Part shown: in pieces, positions 53,901-64,000 of the stretch | Layout: each line of letters starts with the position of its first letter | Position numbering within the stretch: position 1 is the first letter of the stretch | Origin: Strigamia acuminata | Taxonomy: Eukaryota | Assembly (NCBI GenBank): GCA_949358305.1 | Contig: OX442314.1 | Coordinates: 16,802,001 to 16,866,000 of the forward strand | Length of the DNA stretch: 64,000 nucleotides | Reading direction: 5' to 3' | The notes under the pieces: generated by a model | The model's database searches: none | What the model saw: the letters and a program-made list of their open reading frames with translations, nothing else | Told to the model about the DNA's origin: nothing | Translations under genes and position numbers: made by a program

Positions 53901-56884
53901 TGAAATACGGACGCGGGCGCCATCAAAAAATCTACGAAGCCAAAGTATTGGAACTAGAAATAGAAAGTGGCGACAAGAGTTTTTACGTCCATTACACCGG
54001 ATGGAATATGAGGTGATGCAGGAGTTCGTGCTTTTTGTAAATTATATTTACAAAAATATTATTTTTGTTTATTTTAGGTACGACGAATGGGTCAATCGGC
54101 AGCGAATTGTGGAGAATTTGTCTCTGAAAGTTAGAAAAGGGCGTTCTGCAGGATCGCCAAAAGTACGTTTTATTTGTACAACCGTACGGTTATAAGTACG
54201 TATGAGTTACCTATTTGTTTTTGTTTTTCTAACTTAGACTCCAAGCAATAAAGTTCCTGCTAAACGTGGTCGACCCCCAATTGGCTCAGGAAAAGGTTCA
54301 ACTTCCACTCCACGAAAATCAGGTTCAGGACAATCACGATCGAGAACAACACGCTCGGATAAAAATAGTCTTACGGATTCACCGTTTGTCAATGGACTAG
54401 AACCGCAACGAAGAAGTCGTAATAAATCCGGTCCTACCGCAGCTACCGAAGACGCCGGCTACACAGAATCAGACGAGACGGATGAAGGCTCGTCGCCGGA
54501 ATTAAAAATTAAAAAGGAGATGATGACCGAGGACATAAAGGAGGAGAGTAATTGCGAAAAGGAGGAGGAGGATTCTCCGGAACAAGAGGAAAGTGGGAAC
54601 GAAGAAGCTAGAAATGAGAAAAGCGACGAGGAGATGGCGGATTCTCACAAGAAGCGGAGAGGTAGAAAAAGAAGCAAGAAACGAATCGAAGAGGTTGAAG
54701 AGGAGGAGGAGGATAACGACGCGGACGAGTTGAAATCGATTACGGCCGACGAGAAAGACGACAGCTGGGTAAACGAGAAAGACAACGAGGGCATGTCGGA
54801 AGAGGAGATCGTGGTGGCGAAAGAGGAGCCCGAAGAAAAGGAAAAGTCGGTTGGCGAATTAGAAGCAAAGGAAGAGGAAAAGAAATCGGAGTCGGGCGAC
54901 GAACTTGACCTCTCGCAAGAATTCATCAACGAATTGCAACAGGACATGAAAGTGGATCCTGACGAACGGACGTCTGAAGAAATTGACGAAGCGGTGGAGG
55001 AGAAATTGGAAGTTCCAACTAAAGTTAAAGATATTGGAATGGAAAAACCGGTGGAAATTAAAGTGGAATCGGTTGAAGAGGAGGCCGAAACCGAACGGAA
55101 TGTCGTCGAGGAAGTCGCTTTGCTAAAGGCGAAGGGCGCCGATGTAACTGAATCAACTTCTTCCAGTGTAACGATGCCAAAAAGTCCGGACAGTCTTCAT
55201 CTTTTGGATGAGGATGCTGTCGAAGAGGAGGAAACGAAGGTGATAAAGTTTAGTGAATCTCTAGAGGATGACATGGACTATTTAGCAGTGGCAGGACCCT
55301 CGAGAGATGCGGAGGAGGAGCGAACAGATGTGGTGCAGATGGGCGCGGAGTCGCCACCGCCGCTTGATTTTATACCGAAAGGAGAGGAATGCGAGATTAT
55401 TAAGAAGGAAAAAGAGTCGAAGAAGAAGGTCGAGAAATGTGACGAGCTGAAACGCAAAAGTAAAGACAAAGACAAAGATGGGAAGGTGAAGAAGTCGAAG
55501 GATAAAAGAAAAGTGAAAAAAGACGAGGCGAGTAAGAAGAAGGAAAACAGGAAGAGGAAGGACGAAGAGTTGTCGGAAGGTGGCGAAAAGAAGAAGAAGA
55601 ATCGGAAAAACAAGCAGAGTGATTCTGCCAAGAAGAAATCGAGAAAGAAATTGGATAAAACCAGTGACGAAGACAGCAAAAAGTCGAGTCGGAAGAGCGG
55701 GAAAAGAAAGAAGAAGAAATGGTCTTCCGGGGACGAGCAGGAGAGCGGGAAAAGTCGCAAGAGTGAGAAAAGACAAGAGAGCGATAAATTGGAGGAAGTG
55801 CCGAACAAAAAAGAGGAGAACGAGGATCTGGTCACGAGACTTTTGTGTCGCGAAGACGTTCCATTGAGTCCTGTACCTGAAGTGAACGCTTCTGAAGGGC
55901 ACTCGAACCAGTATGACGTGCGGCCGCCATTGCCTTTGAGTTTTTCCAGCAGCACGGGGAGTGCCGCCAGCAGTGCTTCGTGCAGCTTGAAAGATAATCC
56001 GAGATTCAGTCATCAGAAGTCGTCGGAGCCGTCGACCGTTCTGGACAACACTCCTCCAACGACTCCCGAAAGCCAGGATTCGGTCTTGTCCATTTTAAAC
56101 GAATGCGAAAGTTTCCCCGACGAAAAATCCAACAGCTATATCGAAATGGAGTCGTACGCGTGTCAGGAGAGCGTCGATTTCAGCCAGTCGGAGGCGGCGA
56201 TGGTGCTCGGCTCGATGGTGAGCTACGACAAAAATCCTGTGGAGATCGAAGTGCAGCCGCAGAAGAGAAGTAACACTTACGAAGAGGAGGTGATGCCGGC
56301 CAAGAAGCGGAAAAAGAACAGAAGGCAAAGCCACAGCACGAGCGAACTGGGCAAATTGCGCAAGGGAAATCGGAACGGGACGAGTGACAGCGACGAAACT
56401 CATTCTGAACAGGCGGCGTTTTTTCAACCGGTGACTAGTAGTACCAGCAACGACAGCAGTTACATTGCGACGGAAACTGAAATTACTACGACTTTGCTTC
56501 CTCCCAGGTCGCCGCGACCGTCGAAATTCAACTTTTTTGTCGAATTAGGTGAATTAACGTGCAAAAATGTTTACAAAATCCATTTATTTATCTTACATTT
56601 GTGATTCTTTTTGTTTCAGACGATTGTTCAGATGGATCCCAAAGAATAGCTATCATCCAAGAAAAATTATCAGAACTGAGAAAAACGTACATGGCTTTGA
56701 AAGCCGAGGTTGCGTGTATAGACCGACGGCGTAAGAAATTACGGAGAAAGGAAAAAGAAGGTATTAGAGAATACAGTTGAGAGAAGTGAAGTGGGGAGAT
56801 AAAATAAACGTTATATTGTTGTTATTATTATTATTATTAGCATCAGCAGTTGTATCATCTGCATCGCATTTAGAATGTTCCTGA
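50921..56884 (+). CDS. ARID4: AT-rich interactive domain protein 4 (ARID4A/B, RBBP1, hat-trick)
   Basis: ATG|gt then [77 protein letters not shown] domain ([20 protein letters not shown]); chromo-barrel [13 protein letters not shown]-terminal [21 protein letters not shown]. Confidence 0.96.
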
Positions 56885-57038
56885 TCGGTTGACGATGAGA
56901 ACAGCATCATTGATCTTGATATTAGTTGATTAAATATTTTAAACCATTTCATATTCATTTTTTTTGGATTTGTAATTTTTTTTAATTCAATCGTCAAATT
57001 GTCCAATTTAACGTGAAAGTATTTTTAACATTGTAATT

Positions 57039-57114
57039 CAGTCCGATCCTCGTTATAGCGAAAACCCGCTTTAACGAGCGACTATTGGTGATTCGCCATA
57101 ACGAGGCTGGGCTG
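57039..57114. mobile_element. Miniature pogo/Tigger-type MITE relic downstream of the ARID4 stop
   Basis: Left end cagtccgatcctcgttatagcga; the right end reverse-complements to cagcccagcctcgttatggcga. Resembles CAGT..AACCTCGTTATAACGA-type TIRs. Confidence 0.55.
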
Positions 57115-59335
57115 TGGTACAGATATGGTATTTGCCTAACCAGGAAACACATAGATTGGAACAATATAGGAGTGAAAAATGACGGATGCATGCATTACAT
57201 ATCATTTTTTATTTAATAGTTCAAGACGATTCAAAAGTAATATGGGTTGAAAACAAATTTTTAGAGTTTTTTGTTTTGTTTTATTATTTTTATTTTTATT
57301 TTATTTCATTTTATATTTTTTTTTATTTTATTTTTTTGTCATTTAATTGAGTTTAGTTTGAAATAACAAAAACCTATTTACTAACCATCCATTTTTAATG
57401 TTACTCGAGTTTTATCATGTGATGAGTGCCTTGGAAATTAACGATACAATGTTTAAAAATGAAGCCCATTATTTTTGGACGCAACGTCTTAAGTAAATTG
57501 TATAAAGGTATTGTCATTTGATTTGTAACAGTGGGTGAATCCATGATAAAACTAAGTGAAATTATGTTTTGCGACATTGTATATATACAGTAGAATTGAT
57601 ATATGTAATTAACAATAAATTAATCATGATGAAGCGTAAATTGAAATTTGCATTGTTGACCATTTTGTAATTCTCAATTATTGAGTCGGAGAAGACTGAT
57701 GATGACAAAACGATTAAATGAATAACTAGTTGATGTTGCTGTTTTAAATGCAACGATTTAAAACAGCAATGTTTTATATTGGTCATCATTTGATCTTGCA
57801 TTGAAACGCGTGATTTTTAGTGACAGATTGCGTAATTCATTCAATTACGTTTATGCACTTTGTTTTGCAGCTTGTAATGTTGCGTCAATATAATTGTACT
57901 GTTTATAAGATGGTTTTATGTACAATATATATATTGTATATTTGCTTTTATTATACAATTGTGTATTTAATCAATATATTTATTCCTAATAAACTATGGT
58001 TACATCATTTTTTGCATCGTTATTTACACTTTACAGTCGTGCATTCGGAAGTCATCTTCATTTTACGATTACACAAAATGTTTCGCTCGTCTGATAAATA
58101 ATAAATAGAATCTATTGGATTACTGAATATATTTAATAACTTTTTGCCGATAACAAACAATGTGATTACAAGGTTAGAGGATAAAATTTAAGCTATTTCC
58201 TTATTTTTAATTGCAGGTATTAGTAAATTATATTGTCACTCTTAATTAGGTTTTAGAATAAATATTTCTTATTTCATATGCTCAAGGACGTTTCATTATT
58301 TCATTCCTGCAAAATGAGGGAAAAAGAAAAGTAAGAATAATGAGATTTACAGGTGCAGTTATCCTGTGTTTTTTTAAACAATAGTTTCATAGCAACAAAA
58401 ACAAAAAAAAAATTATGAATTTTTCTTACGTGTAAACATGGATATCTTGAGCGAAATGGCACTGCTTGTTGAGCAAGTCCAGCAGGATTGCCATGAATTG
58501 GCCGATGGTCTCACCCTTTACTTCATCCTGAGATTCAGTTGATAACAAGATATTTGTATTCGTTAAAGATGATTATCAATTTCTTCAATAGTCAACTCGG
58601 TTAATAAACAATAAAAGGCTTAAGTCTTCTTTTCGCAAGGTAAACAGACGAACTTTATTGAGGTATTTTACGAATCGTAGTCAAATTTATGTTTTTGTAA
58701 TTGAACTATCTCGCCCTTGTTTTTCCTTATCTGTGAAAAATTCAGGAAATGTGACACTAATTTTTTTGTTATGTCCAAAGTAATTAAAGTTGCAATTTGT
58801 TTTAAATTTGTAAAGATTTCGGTGCCGCTGGCCTGTTGGCCTTTTGAAAATTATCAAGTGTAATTTTTATATCGCAAAATCTTGTATTATCATTGGCATT
58901 CAAAATTTTCTATAATTTTACTCTCAACCGTCTATAGGTCAAGGGCATGGCCTAAGAGGGCCCGACGTCAATGCGTGAAGGTGTCCGACGAGCAAGGGGT
59001 CAGCAACCTTACATAACGAGAAAAAAAATGTAAAAATTCTACGCAGACCACGCTCGTCGAATTTCTTACAGATCAGGAGTGGGTGCTTAAATTACTAATT
59101 TGTAAACCTTACGTAATTAATTAAAAGAGACTGCGATACAATATATGATTAAACACTTATTTTTGTGATAACTTTCTCTACTGTAGAGTGATTAGCAAAC
59201 AACAAAAAAAACTAGCAAAACCGATATGAATTCCCAGTGAAAAAGATTGATATCAGATAAAATAAATAAAAACGAGTTACCGTACGACAAAGTCTGTAGT
59301 GAATTGTTTTATTGTCAAGGTTTCTCTCTCGAACC

Positions 59336-62209
59336 ATGGCTGTTTCTTTAGACATGGATTTAACACGAATGCATTTAACAAATATCCAGCAGGAATTTCG
59401 AGATTTACTTAAAAGCGGGGACATTGATAAACTTAAAACGTTTTTAGAGGTAGGTCTGGGTTTTGGTTATTATTTTCTAAAGTAAATAAATAAATGGAAT
59501 AAATTGTAGGAAAATGACAGGATTATATCAACAAATATGTACGACAAAGCTTTACAATATGCTATGGCCAGTGACAAAAATCTTCTTGTGGCATTGCTGA
59601 GTGAAATGAAGGGATATCAAGCAAGTACAACGACACTGAAGTTAGCAGCGAGTTTGAATTATCATCACGCGTTTAATGTTATGCTGAATAACCGAACAGA
59701 TATGAAGTGAGAATAAGTATATGCCGGTGTTAAATAAAGAAAGAAATTAAGAAATTAAGAAAAAAAAACAATTTAAAAAAATATAAAATTACAGTAATAC
59801 TGAATCATGTAACTTGTGCATTTCTTTTTCAGTCATAAGAAAGAAATAAGTACCTTACTTGTTGCAGCTCTTGAATCTGAAAATATTGAATGTGTAGAAA
59901 AGTTACAGCAAATGAGACAAGAAAAAATACTTGGGCTTGGAAGAATTGACGAGATTGATGGATATCTCAGCGGCTCGTATATCTTTCGTAAGCCATACAA
60001 AATAATATTTTTAACGTAAGCCATACAAAATAATATTTTTAAATTTTAATTACATGCTATCATTTGCAAAGAAAAGCAAACAGTTATTGCTGCTGAATTA
60101 TCTGGATCGCATAATAGTCTAAGATCTGCTCACGACCGAATCAACTGGTATAAAATATGTGCCAATCCTCTTTACATCATTTTGTATGAACTGGATCCAA
60201 TTAGGGCAGCGATTGAAACAAGCAAAGAATTGATATCATTAGCGCACCGTTTTCCAGCCAATAAAGTACGCCAATTTATGCATTCTTGGTTCAAATTATT
60301 TAATCTCTCCTTTTAGATAGAATTTACTAACATTTCTGAAAGCTGCAAGCAATTACCAGTGGATCTGTTGGATTGTTGTGAAGATGATGAAGAAGTAAAC
60401 GACTTACTGAATTTAGGGGAGTCCTCTGGTATTTCTCGTCATGGAAGGTTATGGAACATGATGGGCGAAGAATTTATACAAGTAAGTTCTACACTGCTAT
60501 CTATTTCACTCACTTCAATTATTCTGAAGTATAAAACATTTCTGCAGTTTGTTACACATCCAAGTTGTCAATACTGGTTGTACAGTAAATGGTGCGGAGA
60601 TTTATTGCCGTTATGGGAAAACTTTTCCTTTACTCGCAAGATGCTTCATATCGGAATACACTTTATACTATTTCCTGTTTACTCGATTCGATATGCAATT
60701 GGTAAGTCTAGTTATTGTAGTTAAGTAATGCATACTCCGTACCGGTATATACATTAATTGGATATTTATTTACCTTTAGTTCCACCACCTCCTGAAAAAA
60801 AAGTGCCAATTAATTCCTTCATTTATTCATTATCCGCATATCTCTGTTTCTTGATACTGCTTTTGTATTGCATCTTCCACGATACCGTCTTCCATCATTA
60901 TGATTCCATCACCGATGCGGATGCAGCTTTCCAAACCCCCGATTACGCAGTTGCTCTTTGGGTAATAACGAGTATGTTACACACTATTAACGATGCTTTT
61001 TGTGTTCCATATCCGTCCTACTGGCAATCGTGGTGGACGAGGTATAATCTGTTTTCACTTGTTCTTTTTCTCTGTGCCGGGCTAAGTAATTTAATTGCAT
61101 CGACTGGTTTGATCAAAGTAAGTTGATCTATTACTTTAATTTATGACTTTTTAAAATTTTTGTTCTCCCTTTTAGTCTGTACCGGATTCATACTTTTATC
61201 TGTTAGCAGAAGGTGTTTATGCCATTGCCATTACTATATCGTTTATCAAAATATTGCATTGGTTTCACACATCTTCCATATTGGGACCCGTGATCATATC
61301 ATTTAGCCGCATGACAAACATAATTTTGAAGCTTATGATAATTTTTATCATCGTTTTGTTTTCATTTTCTTTTGGATTGTACAGACTATTCAGATACTTT
61401 CGTATAAAACACATACTGTATTCGAAGGATCAAGCAAATGCTACTCTTGATTATGATGAGGAGCAAGCTGTGTTCATTAAGTAGAATTTTTGCTTCGCTT
61501 GCGTGTATTATTAGCCTTTTAACAATTCATTTTATTGCAGTTATATATCAACGTTGAAAGTCTTATTTTGGGTTATTTTTGGTTATGGTGAACCAACAAA
61601 TATCGAGATCGAGATTCCGGGAAAAGAGGAGGAAGGTGAAGTTGAAATGAAGCAGCATTTTATAATGATCATCGGGTATACCATGTGGGCACTGTTTCAT
61701 ATTGCATTCGTAATTGTGCTGCTAAACATGTTGATTGCAATCATGACAACTTCCTACGAAGCTATCACCGTAATTAAATTCTTTCAATTATCAAACAAAA
61801 AATCTAAACTAAAATACAATTTTTCGTTTAAATTTAGGTAAATTCTGATATGAATTGGAAGTTTGCACGTACACGTTTGTGGATGTACTTCATGGAAGAT
61901 CACAACACAGTTCCACCTCCGTTTAACATGTTATACTATTTAAGCACATTAGTTCGATTTTTACTCAAAAAAATAACGTGCGAATCGAAGGATTCGAAGC
62001 GCCAAAATGGCAAGAAAAAGTGTATTACGGAAAAAGAAACATCGATGAAATATCAGGAAACACTGTTGATATTAATCGATCGTTACGAAAGTAAAAAGTT
62101 TGAAAATTCGGTGCTCAAGGATCAACGTCACATTGAAAGAGTGAGTTACGTAGAAGCCAGGAAACGATTAGTAAAGGACAAAATCGAAGCTGAAATCACA
62201 CAATTCTAG
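59336..62209 (+). CDS. Divergent TRPC-family cation channel
   Basis: Degenerate ankyrin region; NSLRSAHDRINWYK..ANP..DPIRAAIETSKEL; VDLLDCC; FVTHPSCQ; LGPVIISFSRM; pore LFWVIFG; S6 IVLLNMLIAIMTTSY; TRP box NWKFARTRLW; VPPPFNML. Confidence 0.92.
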
Positions 62210-62413
62210 CTTTAGTAACAATAATAATAGGAATATATTTATTTTAAAAATGCTAATAAAAATTCTACAATCACCACAACTACTCTGTATAACCGATATA
62301 ACTGATTTGAGATAATGAAACAAGCATATATGGAATTGTCCAACATTCTGTCTGAATATGAGAAGAAAAATATTATATTTTTAGCAATCCAATACCTTTT
62401 GCCAGTGAGTTGT

Positions 62414-63130
62414 TTATTGTACGTTTTGTGTTTCACATTGAGAAAGACCAGTGCTAGTCGATGCCAATGTGTGAGTTTTCAGGTGCTGCGTTAAATTATC
62501 GTTGCGCACATATGTTTTGGTACACACTGGACACGCAAAATGTTTTCCTTTTGTGTGGACGTTCATGTGACGATATAACTTGTCGGAGCGCGTGAAACGT
62601 TTTTCACACAGCGGCCATTGGCAAGCAAAGGGCCTTTCGCCAGTGTGGCTACGAATGTGCGCTTTCAAATGCCACGACTTTCGAAAACCTTTTTTACAGT
62701 CGTCCATGTGGCAATAATATAGTTTGTGGGTTGCAGGTTTCGTTTCACACTTTCCAACTCCGTTTGGCGATCCCACGTTCCATTCTGGCACTGCGTGGGT
62801 GCCCGTTACGGCAAATGTACTTTCGTTTGTGGAAGATGATGATGATACGGGAAAACGATTGAGTGTAGAGTTCGCGCACGATTGTCCTTTAACTGTGTGG
62901 ATTATGTCGATGTGATTACTTAGTTCGTCAGCCGTTGGAAACTCCTTTCCACAAAAAACCCAGTCACAAATGAAAGGCGCATTTTTTCCGGGAGGTGTCG
63001 TTTTTTTCACTTTACTTTTGTTCGGAAGTTTGCTTGTCCGTGGGTTGGGATAAAATGTGTACGATTCGGGCATGTCGGTCATTTTTAAAGCAGACAAGTG
63101 ATCCTTTAAAGCCGCTTGTAAAATGTTCAT
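62414..63130 (-). CDS. Sp/KLF-like C2H2 zinc-finger protein (1+3 fingers) with an uninterrupted CDS
   Basis: CHMDDCKKGFRKSWHLKAHIRSHTGERPFACQWPLCEKRFTRSDKLYRHMNVHTKGKHFACPVCTKTYVRNDNLTQHLKTH has Sp-type spacing. An extra upstream finger reads CDWVFCGKEFPTADELSNHIDIIH. Confidence 0.88.
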   Translation of the reverse strand: MNILQAALKDHLSALKMTDMPESYTFYPNPRTSKLPNKSKVKKTTPPGKNAPFICDWVFCGKEFPTADELSNHIDIIHTVKGQSCANSTLNRFPVSSSSSTNESTFAVTGTHAVPEWNVGSPNGVGKCETKPATHKLYYCHMDDCKKGFRKSWHLKAHIRSHTGERPFACQWPLCEKRFTRSDKLYRHMNVHTKGKHFACPVCTKTYVRNDNLTQHLKTHTLASTSTGLSQCETQNVQ

Positions 63131-63628
63131 ATGGTTCCGGACATTTCCTAAAGAGTAGAGGGGAAAAAATATCGAGATAAACGTTAATTTTTTGTGTTTT
63201 TGTTTGTTGAGTGTGATTTTTCGATCGTACCTACGTTGAATAGCTCCCTTTGATGTCTCAAATCACAACAGCCATGATTTTGTTTTGTTTGGTGGGCGAA
63301 ACACGATATACCGAAGTACAAATATCGGATACACAATTGGACTGGAATTAGTCTGGAACAAATGCGCAAAAAGAATAGAATTTGAAGAAAAAAATCGTGT
63401 TTTTATTTCTAAATCGATTTATTTAAATGAACATGAAATAATTATTTATGATTACAACAGTTTAAAAAGCATAATATGTTACGTCATATCAACTTAGTTC
63501 CAACAAAATGCGTAGATATTACGTATTTCGATTAACCAATCACAGAGCATTGTTTTTGTTTCTCTTTCTTGTCACAGAATATATTCTGGAGAACATGCTT
63601 CAATTTTGCATTCAGATTTAAAAAGAAG
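63131..63628. promoter_or_regulatory. Probable bidirectional promoter (Sp-like ZnF / CPSF2)
   Basis: Head-to-head ATGs about 500 bp apart. A CCAAT box lies near 63536, and there are 5'-UTR intron signals for the ZnF gene (about 63148-63230). Confidence 0.55.
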
Positions 63629-64000
63629 ATGACATCTATCATTAAACTTCAACCATTGTCCGGTGTTTTTGATGAATCGCCACATTGTTACATTTGTCAA
63701 GTGGACGAATTTCGGTTTCTTCTCGACTGCGGTTGGGACGAAAAATTTAGTCCTCAATTCATGAAAGAATTCAAAAAGTTCGTTTGATTTTATCAGGCAA
63801 ATGCATAACATAACAAACGTGTCTTATTATTGTTTTTGTTGTTTTAGGCATATCCACACCATCGACGCAGTTTTACTATCGTATCCAGATTATTATCATT
63901 TAGGTGCTTTGCCGTACGCAGTCGGTAAATTAGGATTAACATGTCCTATCTTCGCAACCATTCCCGTATACAAGATGGGTCAAATGTTCATGTACGATCT
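63629..64000 (+). CDS. CPSF2: Cleavage and polyadenylation specificity factor subunit 2 (CPSF100), 5' partial
   Basis: [70 protein letters not shown]. Runs off the end of the window. Confidence 0.96.

Noticed and set aside
55278..56427. Long antisense and alternate-frame ORFs (225, 243, 95 and 110 aa) in ARID4
   Set aside because: Shadow ORFs of a GA-rich Glu/Lys-coding exon. They are Phe/Ser/Leu-rich with no independent signal.
22836..56884. Cluster of chromatin regulators (DPF, KDM3, APLF, ARID4) as a functional gene cluster
   Set aside because: They are interleaved with unrelated genes (COA8, KIF13) in mixed orientations. Without synteny data this is consistent with chance in a gene-dense region.

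Overview
AT-rich, gene-dense eukaryotic DNA with very short (about 50-80 nt) GT-AG introns. The gene content (divergent ionotropic receptors, Khc-73/KIF13, d4/DPF, ARID4) points to a compact arthropod genome; the organism is inferred, not proven. Gene models were built by eye from the ORF track plus splice signals. In order: a decayed ionotropic-receptor (IR) pseudogene interrupted by a BEL/Pao gag fragment; its intact tandem IR paralog; WDR74; a small secreted 6-Cys peptide on the minus strand; a kinectin/RRBP1-like gene; a phospholipid scramblase; a transcobalamin/intrinsic-factor-like protein; DPF/d4; an unassigned disordered nuclear protein of about 1,200 aa; COA8/APOPT1; a KDM3-family JmjC demethylase with a CXXC finger; APLF; KIF13; ARID4; a divergent TRPC channel; an Sp/KLF-like zinc-finger gene with altered base-contact residues; and the 5' end of CPSF2. 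No rRNA, tRNA or CRISPR array is supported. The best novelty candidates are the C-C-CC-CC peptide, the KDM3 paralog (an N-terminus of about 15 phase-1 exons with PxVxL motifs, duplicated AT-hooks and CXXC), the orphan HCF/HP1-motif protein, and the re-specified Sp-like factor.
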